Source of the DNA: Malacoraja senta
Lineage: Eukaryota
Direction of reading: 5' to 3'
DNA length: 64,000 nucleotides
NCBI GenBank assembly: GCA_038087875.1
Contig: CM075988.1
Location: 15,316,001 to 15,380,000 of the forward strand
The notes under the pieces are model-generated. The model was not told the origin of the DNA. It saw only the letters and a list, made by a program, of their open reading frames with translations, and searched no databases. Position numbers and translations under genes: made by a program. Below, one piece after another: positions 24,546 to 38,084 of the stretch (positions are counted from its first letter, which is position 1; the number at the start of each line of letters is the position of its first letter).

Positions 24546-25323
24546 AGTGGGTAATCCAGTAATTTCTCAATAATGAGTCTAATTTTGGGATGTTTAAGAA
24601 AGAACTGCAGATGCTGGAAAAATCGAAGGTAGACAAAAATGCTGGAGAAACTCAGCGGGTGAGGCGGCATATATGGAGCGAAGGAATACGTGACATTTCG
24701 GGTCGAGACCCTTCTTCAGACTAATTGCTGGATCCTCCCACAAGAGAAGATATGCTTCTTGCATCCACTCTGTCAAGACCCATCTGGGCCTTTTATTTTT
24801 CAATCAAGTCCCCTCTCACTTTTTTTTAAACTCCAGTGGTCAGACAACTATGCATGTCAAACCTTTCTTCGTTAGACAAGCTGCCCAGTCCAAGTATCAG
24901 ACTGGACTGCTTCCAATACCTTTACATACTTCATTAAATAACAAGAACAACACAGTGCACAGTACTCAAGCTATGCCCTGTGTAACTGATAGATCACTTG
25001 GCTATATTTGTATTTATTTCCCCTGTCAGTAAATGATTTCACACTGTTAGCATTCCTAATTGTTTGCTGTATCTGCACATCAGCATTCTGGAAATCCTGC
25101 ACTAGGACACCCAAATCTATTTGTATCTTCAACTCCACAATCTCTCACCGTTTAGTTAAAATGCTTTACATTTCTTGCCAAAAAAGGTAAATTTTACATT
25201 TTCCCACATTTCCTCTATTTGCCAGCTCTTTGTTCAGTTATTTCACCTAACCTTTGTAGCCTCTTTACCATATACTTTTCTTTCTATCTTAGTGTCGGCA
25301 ATAAAAAAAAATCAGTATCCTTA

Positions 25324-25731
25324 AGGGCCTGTCCCACGGGCATACGACTCCATGCGGCAAGCGCGACCTAACCGGAAGCGGGGCCGCGCGGAGGTCGAGT
25401 GATCCCCGTACAAGGCCGGTCCCACCAGCATGCGGCTGCATGCGGCAAGTGCGACCAAACCGGAAGCGGGGGCCGCGCGGAGGTCGAGTGACATCAAGAC
25501 GGTGCGCACGGCCTCGATGCGGCTGCGGGACGGCAGGCCGTTGCTGCGCAGAGTTTTTGAACAGTGTCAGATTTTCGGAGCCCAGCGCGATGTCGGGACC
25601 AGCTCCGCACAACTCCATACGGCTCCGGCGATCGAAGTGGGACCGGCCCCGCGACCTCCGCGTGGCCCCCGGACGGCTTCCGGTTAGGTCGCGCTTGCCG
25701 CATGGAGTCGCATGCCCGTGGGACAGGCCCT
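25324..25731. mobile_element. GC-rich non-autonomous DNA transposon (PIF/Harbinger-like MITE), unit 1
   Basis: TIR AGGGCCTGTCCCAC extended to ~55 bp of inverted identity; flanked by tta/taa; no transposase. Confidence 0.8.
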
Positions 25732-25734
25732 TAA

Positions 25735-26305
25735 GGGGCCTGTCCCACCAGCATGCGACTGCATGTGTCTAGCGCGACCAAACGTGGTGGCTTGAGCCGT
25801 ACGGCCTCGTGGGGCCGGTTCCACTTCCAACCACGGAGCCGTCTGGAGTTGTGCGGAGCTAGTCCCAACATCAAACTCACCAATCAGGGCCGACTGAATT
25901 TGGACGTCGCACGGCGTCAGGCGGTTACGTCATCACGCAACGGCACGCCGGGCGGTGACGTCATCGCGCAATGCCACGCGCTAGGCGTACGCCGTCAAGA
26001 CGCTGCATACGGCGTCAAGACGCTGCGTTCAGCGTCGAGACGCTGCGTACGCCGTCGAGGCGGTGCGTGCGGCGTCGAGGCGGTGCGTACGGCCTCCATG
26101 CGGCAGTGGGCCGGCAGGCCTTTGCAGCGCCGAATTTTTGAACACTGTCAGTTTTTGGGAGCCCCGCGCGATGTCGGGACCAGCTCCACATCTCCATGCG
26201 GCTCCGACGATCGAAGCGGGACCGGCCCCGCGAGGCCGCATGGCTAGCGCGACCACGTTAGGTCGCGCTAGCCGCATGCAGTCACATGCTCGTGGGACAG
26301 GCCCT
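25735..26305. mobile_element. GC-rich PIF/Harbinger-like MITE, unit 2 (directly adjacent to unit 1)
   Basis: GGGGCCTGTCCCAC...GTGGGACAGGCCCT termini flanked by taa/tta; internal short repeats (gcgtacg/cgtcaag); shares internal blocks with unit 1. Confidence 0.8.
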
Positions 26306-26894
26306 TTACCTTCAGGCCCTTCTCCATTTATGTAAATTGTAAAATGCCCCAATAACAATCCCTGTGGCCCAATATTTGTTACGTGTTGCCAGCCAAAATT
26401 ACCCATTTATGGCACCTCTTCATTTCTCGTTAGTCAGACAACCATCTACCCATCCCGGTATCTTCCCACCACTATCACAAGCTTTTGTTTTCCACAATTG
26501 ATGTAGCACTTTATCAAATGCCTTCAGAAAATCTTCATACATCTCTCAGTTTCCCTCTATCCACAGAGTATGTTACAAAGCCTTCCGATAAAATTGTCAA
26601 ATGTGATATCCCCTTCACATAAGCATGTTGACTTTGCCTTTTAGCCTTAATTGTTACAAGTGCACAACACATTGTAGTAGTAACATGTAAAATTGTCCCT
26701 CTGACTAAAGCTAAACGGCCTGCAGTTTCCTGTTTTTTCGTTTGGCTCACTTTTGAATAATGGAGTTGCATTTGCTATTTTCTGATAAAATGGGAGTTGC
26801 CCTGAATCCAGGATATTTTGGGGGAAATTAAAACCAATCCATCAACTATTTCATTCACCATTTCCGTTAAGATTCTGTGATGAAATCCATCAGC

Positions 26895-27171
26895 CTACAT
26901 TTAGGATTGAGATAAGGAAAAACTTTTTCATCCAGAGAGTTGTGAATCTGTGGAATTCTCGGCCACAGAAGGCAGTGGAGGCTAATTCACTGGTTGTTTT
27001 CAAGAGAGAATTAGATTTAGCTTTAAGGGCTAAGGGAATCAAGGGATATGGGGAAAATCCGGAATGGGGTACTGATTTTGGATGATCAGCCATGATCACG
27101 TTGAATGGCGGTGCTGGCTCGAAAGGCCGAATGGCCTACTCCTGCACTTATTTTTCTATGTTTCTATGTTT
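26895..27171 (+). mobile_element. CR1 3' end
   Basis: RVVNLWNS-type coding remnant and tail tttctatgtttctatgttt. Confidence 0.8.
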
Positions 27172-30100
27172 CAAGGCCCTGCAGCCCAACTCATCCGTTC
27201 TGACCAAGGTGCCTTTCTGAGCCAGTTGCATTTTCCTGCTTTTGGCCCATATCCCTCAAAACTTTTCTGAATAGAGTCAGGACAATTCATCACAGTATTT
27301 CTTCCAAAAATCGGCACATGTACAATCAACTACAAATAACACAACCCCATTCCAGCCACGTCAAGATCCTCACATATCCAATTAGAATTCCTTGTACCGT
27401 CAGCTACGTTAACTTATTAACATTCGTTTACACAATCAGTCATTCTCAGTAGCAGTGTCTTAACAATCAATGTCAGTAACATCTCCACACAGGAAAGATT
27501 TATTTTTCTTTCAAAAATATATTAAAAGGTTTACAGCTAGTCTATCAGAAGCTGCTATTAGCAACTTTGGTTTCCAAAGGGGATCTTAAAGATGGTTGCC
27601 AGAGATTAGGGTCAGAGTATATATTAAAGTAACTTGATTATTTTATACCCAATAAGCTTCCAATTATTTCATTATGAAGACCTGAGATATTTAGAATCAT
27701 AGGATCATTCGGCATTGAAACAGGTATTTTTGATCCAACTCATCCATGATCCTATATACACTAATCCATCTATCTGCATTGTCCACACTCCTCTATGTCT
27801 CTCCCATCCAGGTACCTGTCTAAAAGGCCCATCCAAATGCCAAACTGACCATTGATAAAAGAACCATTGAACCAAATCGTACACAACACCCAATGCATCA
27901 GTCACATCTGGTGGCAAAGCATTACAGACACTCCCCGACCTACACAATAGGGGACTTAAGTAAACTGGCACTTACAGAAACAATTCTGTACTCGGGCCTT
28001 AGTGCAATGAAGGCCATTTGTAACTTCCACAACATTGTACAATCACTCAAGTTTACATTGGAAACAAGCCGGCAGTTCTGCGGAAAGTGCCCCAATGACG
28101 AGGCAGAACTCAAGCCGTCAATGGTGGGGGTGCTTACTCAGGCAGCCGTGGGTAGAAAGTCCCCGGACGCAAGCAGACGCCGCTGAGACAGTTAATGCTC
28201 TCAGTCAGTTATTCGGGCAGGGGATGGGGATGGTGATTCCGTTTTACAAAATATCTGACTTGTAGGTGGTCACAGAACGGAACCCTCACATAAGCCGGGG
28301 AGTGCCTGTATTTTACATTTATTTAAATCGTCATGGAATTTTTCTTTCTTGTTTCAATGCATCTATTATTTGTTGTTTTAAGGATTCCTATAAATGCCTG
28401 ACACTACATTTCAATCGACAAATTCGCCCGTTCGTTTTGGTTAGCTCAGTTTTCAAGCACATATAATTGTTCTTATTTGTTTAAAAGAGCAAGTGGCATT
28501 GATGTACTTAAGTTGCTGAATCAGCATATGATGGAGAGGTTAGTAGAACAATATGGCAATGTGTTAATGAAGGGGGGTGAGGAGAGGTTTATCTGGAGTT
28601 TTTAACAATGCATGGGAGGGTCAGGCTAAATGGTTGAATCTTGTGCTTTTCCACAATGGTGAATGTGGATCGGCTGTTCAGATAGAAACCATGTAATACT
28701 TTGCTGAAAGGCTGCTGATTTGTGTCCAGCACCCAAACAACATGGACTGTGAAAGGTAACTCAATGGATTCACAGACGACACAATGAGATGCTGACCTAA
28801 TCTTAGGTGGCAACTCCTACTCTCAGACCCTTTGATGGGGTCAATTGAATCATTTTGTTGTAAATACAGTAACTACACTACAATTAGCGATGGCAATAAG
28901 GGCCATTTTTCCAGTACCCTCTACATAACGAAAGACTACTGGAAGCTGAATTCAGCCTAGTCTTCCTCTTTGCTGGAGAAATTCTGCTGCATTTCTTGCC
29001 TCGAAGCGACCTCACAAAAATCCGGTACATCAGACAACCTAAACCCCAAGCAACAGTCTAAGAACATAAAAATAGCCAGGCCAGGCGTAGAGAGGGACAT
29101 CGGATCGCAGGACGACCTAAATGGAGGTGACGGCTGCACGAGGCCTTTGTGGCCAGATGCAGCTGGGACTGCAAAATGGCGGCAAAATGGTGCATCTTGC
29201 ATGTAGACTCAGTTGGTTGTTCTGTACATTCTGTACTAACTGGGGTGATTGTGCTTATGTATGGGGACAGTCTTGCTGAGCGGATTGCAAAAAAATGTAT
29301 TTCACTGTACCTGTGACAATAAAGAAAAAAAGAGCCATTGAAATAGGTGCAGTAGGTCAGTTCGCCCCCCAAGCCTATTCCACCATACAATATGATCATA
29401 GTTGCAATTGCCCCAGACCTCCTCTCCGCTTCTGTGCGGAATCCCTAGAGCCCTCAATTTCCTGATCTTTCAAAAAACGTATCTACATTCTTGTGAAAAA
29501 TTCCCATTCCAGAGATTCGACACGCTGACAGTTCTGAGGTCACAGTCAAGCAAAATAACATGCTGAAGAAATTCATCATCATTCCCCCTTAACCTGTGGC
29601 CTAACCACCACAGATCCAGCCTCATTTTGTACTGTCTAACCAATTTGGCTCTAAAATAGGTGACCTCACACTTGTCTGCAGTGGAAATCCATTTGTCGCA
29701 GTTTTGCCACTTGTTTAATTTGTCAGTGTCTTTTGTAATTTAGGTGCTGGAAACATTCAGTAAGTTAGGCAGTATTGCAGCAAGAGAAATGGGGCCGGTG
29801 TTTCAGATCGAAGATCCTTCACCACGATTCCATCAATCTTGTTCCATCCAATCTAATTACACATTCATTATTCCAATTCTTTGCCTTCGGCTCGCAGTAA
29901 CTTTGCTTTCAAATCATTGAGCTTTCATTTTAGGTCAAGGAACCTGAAATTTTCACTTGTTTTCACTCAAAACAGACGCAGCCTGCCCGGAATATTTCGG
30001 GAACTTTCAGTGTTTACGGGAATCACCCCCAACGTTCTCCATACACATTCAACTTACAATTCTCACCAGCAATCCATCTTTTCTTCTGTTGCTATATTCC

Positions 30101-30439
30101 CAGCCAATATTTCCCAAGATAGGTGCAAAGTGCTGGAGTAACTCAGTGGGTCAGGCAGCATCTCTGGAGAAAAAGGATGGGTTACCAGCATCTGCAGTTC
30201 CTTTCTACACAATATTTCCCAAGTCTCTCTCTACCCACCTTCAGATTGTTGAACCCATTTTTGCATGTGTCTCAATTACCAATATTGTGAATACTTTCCT
30301 CCTTGGGAAATCTCTAAGGTTCAAGGATGACTTGCTTCTACTCTGGATCTGTGGATTCAAATATGGCTGGAAAAAAACCAATATCAGGAATGCAAACTCT
30401 TCCACAGGTAGCTCAGGAAGTGTTTGATGGAGGTACTAT

Positions 30440-30790
30440 GTCAGATGATGTGCTCTTCTGCTGTAGATGCAGGGCATCTATGTGTTCCCAATCTGTGGAC
30501 TCAAGCTTCTCAACACCATCGCAAATGTTCCTTCTACACTTGAACTCCAAGCCTTTGTTGACTTGTTTACTGCAGCATGTGAAAGACTGGGCCTTATACC
30601 CAACATACACAAGACAAAGGTCCTCAACCAACCTGTTCCCATGGCACCACACCAACCCTCCAACAATGAAGCTTCTCACCAAGAACTCGGAGAAGATGGG
30701 CCACTTCCCGTATCTCAGGAGCCACTTCGCAGCAAAGGTGGGCATTGATGATATGAATATTAAGTCCCAGGGAATCAGCTTATGTGTGAC
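30440..30790 (+). mobile_element. RTE/BovB-like RT fragment
   Basis: ELQAFVDLFTAACERLGLIPNIHKTKVLNQP and HFPYL motifs. Confidence 0.65.
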
Positions 30791-31124
30791 TAATAAGTCT
30801 TGGAAAGTTGCCAAAATCCATATGAAAAAGAGCCAATTCATTCTCTCCCTCATTTATTGTGCGAGGAAATGGTTTGTGAATACCTCATTCACATCTTTGG
30901 ATCTAAATTACTTATTTTAGATTTAGATTAACTTGTTTATTTGACGTGTGGCATTTTGGTAGCTTCCCTTCCAATTAATTCCATCCACTATATACACTAT
31001 ATATTTGATGCTTGGTGAACAATTCACAATCCTTTATAATTACTCTGTCAATTTTATGATCTTTTGATTCCATCAGCTGATAGACTTCCTTCCTAAAAAT
31101 GATTGATTAAATTGATGGATTGAG

Positions 31125-31410
31125 AGATACAGCATGGAAACAGGCCTATCAGCCCATCGAGTCCATGCAGACCAACAATCACCCATTCACTTTAGTTCGA
31201 AGTTATCCCATTTTCTCATCCACTCCCTAAATACTATAGGCAATTTACAGAGGCCAATTCACCTACAAACCCACACATCATTCAGATATGGGAGGAAACG
31301 CACACGGTCACAGGGTGAACATGCAGACTTCACATAGACAGCATTCACGGTCAGGATCTAACCCGGGATCCTGGTGCTGTGTGGCAGCAGCCATGCCACT
31401 GTGCCACCCT
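31125..31410 (-). mobile_element. V-SINE (HE1-like)
   Basis: Reverse complement of the same head, V-domain and tail. Confidence 0.75.
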
Positions 31411-32311
31411 GTGCTGATTAATGACACAGCTACCTGTCAAACTCTATGCTTTTACCTTGTATCCATTAAGGTTGTCCCACCTTCTGTTGTCTTTAAGATA
31501 CTAACTGTAGATGACATGTGCATGTACTTTAACATAGTGACCTCACCACTACTAACCACTCCCCACATCACTAGTATAATTACAACCTTCCCACCCAGTG
31601 CTCTCTCTCTGGTTCCCGTGACAGACCACGAACAGCTAGGGCAGTAAAGTATGTGTATCATGAATAAACAGTAGTAAAGAAACAGTGTGTTATGACTCCT
31701 CTTTACACTAACTATCTTAATAGTTTCTCAAACTGCAGTTAAACCTAATTTCAATATTTCACTGCGAGTAGTTAATGTAGAAATTGAGTTTTTCTTTCTA
31801 GATTTCTTTCCCTCCATTTCCGCTTCTAGTACTTTCTCAAGCTTCTCTGCCCTCACTGTCAGAAACTTTCTTTTCTATCACTTCCCAAATTGTCCTACTC
31901 TTTCTAGCTACATTCTTTGCCCCTGATTTCACATTGGAAAACTCTTCTTTCCCTGATTGGTGATCTCCCCCTGGACCTACTGCATTCTTCATGATGCTAC
32001 ACGTTGAAGAACGTATTGTCCCGTGAAGAACATATCACCACTTGTCCCATGCAGAACATAGCATGTTGTCCTATGGAGAACATAGCACGTGCTGTCCCAC
32101 CCTCCATGGAAAAACCCAGCAGTATCACCCACAACACCATGACTTCTCAATCGCATCTCTATTCGAAGCTTCTGTCTGAAGTTACGCTATGGATGTCAGC
32201 ATTCACCCCAGCCCCCTCCATTCAAACCCTCTTTAACCTCAGGTCAGTCTGCAGCCTGGACACAATTAGCAACAGGAATCTGTGGGAGGAAGTGAATGAT
32301 GAGCGCAAGAG

Positions 32312-35300
32312 TTTATTATTGAACACGACATACAAGAAGAGTTAATGAATAAAGCCATCTTTTAATTCTTTTTAAAAAACACATTAATACAAAAATAATT
32401 TGTTAGGAATCTGAAACAATGAACAGGACAAGAAGGCACTTTTGTGAGATTGCAGTTATTGAGGTGAAGGCTTTCCATGCTACATCCTACAAAACCTTTC
32501 CCCACAACATCCCAAAAATATTCTCATTAACACCATGGGTCCTCTAATGCTTGACCCGAGGCTCTGGTGTCTCCAAAGTACTACCTCTAACGGCAGCCCA
32601 TCAAACCAGGCACGGGTCTTGTGACACATCACAGGCTCAGCTCCTCTCAACCCCAAATTGGACAACAAGTCGAGAACATGGTCTCGCCTCAAATACAGTA
32701 ACATGGACGGGCGTGAAATGAAGAGAACCAATTTCTATCTTGCCGAAGATCCCTCACGAGGGACAACTGCAAAACACCGAACGTACACCTGAAGCATTTC
32801 AAAAGCTTTTTACTGTACCTCAGTACACGTGACAGTAAACTAAACTGAACTGAAGCGGTGGCCATTCTTCAGGTCCGTGCAAAGAGTTGGTGGTTAACGG
32901 CATTTGAGACCAGAGATTATCATGAAGATAAACTCTAAACTCACATCCTGAAGAGAAGGCGAGGAGGAGGAATTAGAGAACCATGTTCAAGCGTGGCTAG
33001 GAAATGGAGTAACAAACTGTGCTGGAACAACAATAATTCCCCTTCTAAGTCATGACCAAAAACTCACAGTTTGCCCAGAGTAAGACATTCTTGTTTGCCC
33101 AGAGTAAGATCATCAGCTTACCTACAAAGCTCTAGAACTCATCACATTACCCTTGCTGACCCCAACCAAGAGAGACAAACAAAATGGACATTCAAAGGCA
33201 CATAGTCCACAACAAAAGTATTATTTTACCTGCACAAACTGGGAATATATTGTGTAAATATATACACAATATAGTCACACCATCTCAAGATAGCCAATAT
33301 TAACAAGGACAGCTCACACACCAATTATTTTCCCTTTGTCCCTCTCCCCTTAGACAGAAGATACAAAAGTGTGTTAGCATGTACCACCAGATTCAAAAAC
33401 AGCTTCTTCCCTGCTTTTCTGGACTTTGGAACAGACTGCACTACCTCATGGTGACCCCTACACTTCCTTTTTCTAAATCTGCACTTTCTCTGTGGCTGTA
33501 GCACTATATTCTGCATTCTGTTTATTTTCTCCTTTGCATTACCTGTTGTATGGCAAGAAATACCTGGATAGTACACAAAACTAAGTTTTTTCATTGTATC
33601 AAGATGCATGTGACAATAAACTAAAACCAATACCAATTAAAGAACAAACATGTATCAAGGAGTTAAGGCCTGGCATCAATTCTTGTACGTCAAACATATG
33701 TTTTTACTTTGTTATTGAAAACATTCATGTCATGGACCAGCTCGTCTTTCACTTCCTTGAAATGCCTGGAAGCCAAGAGGTTATTAAAGTAGTGAAGAGA
33801 ATGTGCTTGTGTCAAGGTGTTTCCCTCATCTACTATACACACCCACTGGTCCCCACACACTCACCTCAGAAAGGTTGTGTTTTACCTTAACGGGATCTCA
33901 GTGCAGTTGCTAGGATCTTTGGTTACTTACTCGCATTTAAATTTCTACCTCACAATATTATTTCCAAAGAAATACACCAATACAAACTCAATACTGTGAC
34001 AATAATCTTTCCCTCCAAGCTTCCTTCCTGTTACCAATATATTCTGGGGATAATATATACATATATATTTAAAGTTTCAATGTGGAAAGCACTCTGGATA
34101 CTGGAGATATTAGATTGAGTGTAATACCTGTAAACATGACCTCCTACTTCAATCTCAGGACATTTTGGCTAAGTTCCACAGGACGGAGACTACACACATA
34201 GATTTACAATATTTAAACAGAACTCATGAGCCTTTTTGTTGAATTTGGCAAATAAAGATAGGTGCAAAGAACCGGGACTGCTGGAAATCTTCTGATTTCC
34301 TTTACTTTTGCTTGTTGTGATTTAAGTATTTGGTGAAAATACAGGCCTAGAGTCTGTGCTAAGAGATAGATAGGCTGGTCGAAGAAAGGAGCCATACAAA
34401 CAGAATAATATGTTAGTCACTTAGGAAGAACGAAACACTTAGTGGAACTCCTGGGTGGGGCCATGAGATAGCCTGACCTCCTCTGGCAGATTAAAAGACA
34501 CATTTGTCATCTGCATCAATCTTCTGACATTAGGACAAATTGCTGGCTGCTCCTGCATTGGATAACACTCCCTGTGATAATTCTCAATGGATTAAAAAAA
34601 AAAAAAAGGGATTTAGGATTACGTCATGAACAATTTAATACGAGTAAGACCACTGCCCCATGAATAGCACCTAGTAATTTAGTGGTTAACAACCTCTCCT
34701 GACTATTGATTCAATGCCTGGTCAAAGAATTAGCTTTTGCCATCAAGAATGGTGGTTCTATGTATTTTATGCAAGCTAAGAAACTATTGGCCTATACGTC
34801 ATGGAGGATGGGTAAAAAATCTTATTGAGTGTTGGTTAAAGTTCATTTTACAATCTGAGGCACTTTTTATCACCAGGATGAAGTGGTCTGGTACCCTACT
34901 CTGCCAATGTTGAGCNNNNNNNNNNNNNNNNNNNNNNNNNNNNNNNNNNNNNNNNNNNNNNNNNNNNNNNNNNNNNNNNNNNNNNNNNNNNNNNNNNNNN
35001 NNNNNNNNNNNNNNNNNNNNNNNNNNNNNNNNNNNNNNNNNNNNNNNNNNNNNNNNNNNNNNNNNNNNNNNNNNNNNNNNNNNNNNNNNNNNNNNNNNNN
35101 NNNNNNNNNNNNNNNATGAAAAATCTCTAATGCAAACACACCACTTCTCACCGACTCGCTCCCATCCCAGCGAACCCCCCCTCATTAATGACCACAACCA
35201 GAGAGCTCTCAAACAGATTCCCAGTCTCCATTTGGCACGCAAGATGAATACGTAGACTATCGTTAGCACTGTCACCCCGAACTCCTCCCAGTCAAATGAG

Positions 35301-35315
35301 AGGAGTGGGTGACGT
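32312..35315 (-). other. OAF: Candidate OAF 3' UTR ending near AATAAA at 32312-32317
   Basis: Mostly unique sequence after the stop codon, with a minus-strand AATAAA at 32312-32317. It crosses the N gap, so its extent is uncertain. Confidence 0.3.
34916..35115. other. Assembly gap (200 N)
   Basis: Exactly 200 consecutive N; the round number suggests a scaffolding spacer of unknown true size. Confidence 0.99.
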
Positions 35316-35581
35316 TTAAGTGTCCTCGTCCCACAGACACAGCTGTTTCTGCGGGACATAGAAGTCAAACTGGGAACATTTCTGGCAGCTTTTGATGCCA
35401 CACTTGTAGGTGCTGGTTTTCCCAGCGGCATCCTTTGTCCGACAGTATTTCAGGAAGCAGGGGTACCATTCCACACACAAGGAGTAGCGACAGATGCAGC
35501 CCTTCCACCACTCCCGGCTGGTCCGACATCGAGGAACATCTTCTGACACGTGGATTGCTTCAAAGATGGAAGCATCGACAC
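35316..35581 (-). CDS. OAF: OAF last coding exon (Cys-rich C-terminus, stop TAA at 35316-35318)
   Basis: Acceptor ...ccccacacggtcag|GT, phase 1, joins exon 3 in frame. Encodes GVDASIFEAIHVSEDVPRC...WYPCFLKYC...YKCGIKSCQKCSQFDFYVPQKQLCLWDEDT*, the typical OAF C-terminus (ORF 35316..35549). Confidence 0.95.
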
Positions 35582-35811
35582 CTGACCGTGTGGGGGGAAC
35601 AAGAGGAGAAACAAGTCAACCAGGGGTCAACAAATTACCCCACAAACAAAGTGCATTTATATAGCACCTCGCTTATCTCTTTCAAAACATCCCAAGACAC
35701 CCTACAATCTATTAAGTACTTTTGGGAAGATTACCTTCATTGCAATGTAGGAAATATAGCAGCGATTTGTACACAGCAAGCTCGCGGAAATAACAAAGTA
35801 ATAATGACAAA

Positions 35812-36016
35812 ACAAGGAACTGCCGACGCTGGTTTACACAAAAGGATACAAAGTGCTGGAGTAACTTAGCGGGTCAGGCAAAATCTTTGGAGTAACATGG
35901 ATAGGTGATGTTTCGGGACGGGACCCTGAAGAAGGATCCCAACACAAAACGTCGCCTATCCATGTTACTCCAGTGATGCTGCCTGACCCCCTGAGTTACT
36001 CCAGTACTCTGTGTCC
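35812..36016. repeat. Fold-back Penelope terminal-repeat element
   Basis: Inverted arms around ctgaagaaggatccc at ~35926. Confidence 0.7.
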
Positions 36017-37469
36017 AAAGTAATAACAACTATGTTATCATTTTCAGAACTTGGTCACCAAATTATCAGGGATAACTTCCATGCTCCTCTTTAAAATGCT
36101 GCCACAGGATCATTTTAACATCAACTCAATTGAACTGTTGGTACATTAAGACCCTGTTTTCTGTGAGGGATAGAGGCATAAGGATCCCACGGATAACAAT
36201 AAAAAATAAACATTAAAAAACACCCACTCCATGGCATCCAAATACATCCCAAAAATAAATACGTATGCCCTCAAATGCTCTAAAAGCATTAATGTACACT
36301 AATAACACATTACAATATTAAAATAGTTAAGAAGGAATGATATTTGCAGCAAACTACTTCCATTCCATGTGCTCAAACTTACAAGCAGTGACTGCTTTTC
36401 AAAGCATAAGGTGCAGCTGTGTAAATAAAGACTGCTCGTTCTTAGATTAGGAGCCACGAGAAGGCAATAAGGTGATGATGAGTTTCCCAACCAAAGAGGT
36501 CTGGTTCCTCAACCTCAACACCTATATATTTGTTCAAAAGTGTTCGAGATGCACCTTAAGCCCACCTGATGAGTCTGCAAACCCACAGATATCAAGGAGC
36601 AGAACTTCACTCGAGACTTCTCTCTAAATGGACTGAGACCTGAGCCATCTGACTCACTGGGAATGGTCATGAGTCATATGGGCGTGGAAACAGGCCACTC
36701 AGTCCCTGCATCCACATCTGTACTAATCCCATAGATAGACACAAAAAGCTGGAGTAACTCAGCGAGTCATACAGCATCTCTGGAGAAAATGAATAGGTGA
36801 TGTTTTCGGGTCGAGACCCTTCTTCAGACACATCTTCAGTAAGGGTAATGCAATGAGTTCTGGAGCTTTGTAGATGGACAGCAGGAAGATTCGGGGGGGG
36901 GGGGAGGGGGTGTTAATGGTCACATGTGAGAAAATGGGTTACAGGAAATTACTGGAGAGGGGGGGGGGGGGGGGAGTAAAGGGATTGCTGAGACTCAGTA
37001 TACAGTCAATGGGCCAAATGACCTTCCTCACTGTCGTAAAGAAAAACAAAATGTATGGATATCACCTCTGGGAGTTGAAATTGAGAGTACATCTGCCTGT
37101 CAGGGTAAACTCTGAGAACTGGAGAAGATCCAGTTCAGAGAACTGGTCCAAGATAACTGGAATGCACATGGATAGGAGTTGCATGGCAGTGGTTGAAGGT
37201 TTCACTTTCAACCCAGCTGGGCTACTGCACGCAGTTCGGAGCACAACTCACGGGGATGGAGAAGGTGCAACAGAATATCATTGGGCTAAAATGGGAGCAG
37301 TCAAACATCCCGGCATTATATTTCCTTGAGCATATACCGATTAATGAATTACATCATCGTTTAAAATGAGTAAAGGAACAGAGAGGTCAGAAAGCTGTGA
37401 CATATTCCCTCTGCTGTACCAAATACACAAGGGCACAATATTGTTCGCACTGTGCAAGTATTTGCCTCG

Positions 37470-37810
37470 GTAGAGTGAATGTGGAGAGGATGTTTCTACT
37501 AGTGGGAGAGTCTAGGACCAGAGGCCATAGCCTTAGAATAAAAGGACATACCTTTAGAAAGGAATGAGAAGGAATTTATGTAGTCAGAGGATGGTGAATC
37601 TGTAGAATTATTTGCCACAGAAGGCCGTGGAGGTCAAGTCAATGGATATTTTTAAGACAGAGATAGATGGATTCTTGATTAATACGAGTGTCAAGGGGTT
37701 ATGGGGAGAAGGCAGGATAATGGAGTCGAGAGGGAGAGATAGATCAGCCATGATTGAATGGCACAGTAGATTGATGGGCCAAATGGCCTAATTCTGCTCC
37801 TATACCATAT
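37470..37810 (+). mobile_element. CR1 3' fragment
   Basis: Similar to the other CR1 3' ends; finishes ggcctaattctgctcctat. Confidence 0.8.
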
Positions 37811-38084
37811 GAACCTCATGGACAATATTAAAATTAGTTCGGGACAATACCAAACTGATACACGACATGATATAGATTTTGGAACCTTCTCCCACAAAAA
37901 GCTGTTGAGGAAGAGAAATTGAGGACAATTGAAAAACAACTGAGGTCGGTAGATTTTGTCCATGAAAGGTTACAGCAAAGAGGTAAGTACTGATCAGCCA
38001 AAATCTACTTGCGTGGTGGAACAGGCTCAAGACACTCGACAGCCTTCCACTGCAAGCATTCAATATGCCTGCCTGTATCTTGCA

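Noticed and set aside
25321..25734. piggyBac assignment from TTAA flanks
   Set aside because: Termini begin (A)GGG rather than CCY, and the second unit ends in tta.
25289..26406. Many overlapping ORFs in the GC-rich block
   Set aside because: Produced by high GC and palindromic MITE structure; no transposase motifs.
28656..28685. ATGGTGAATGTGGAT... (MVNVDRLFR*) resembling POU2F3 exon 1 MVNLES
   Set aside because: Wrong strand, stops immediately and has no donor; probably chance.
33070..33110. Short direct repeats (also ~22175-22210, ~42620-42670, ~61193-61228) as possible CRISPR-like or functional arrays
   Set aside because: Only two units each; ordinary local tandem duplications in a eukaryotic genome.
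34799..35431. 210-aa ORF
   Set aside because: Open only because it crosses the N gap; out of frame with OAF.
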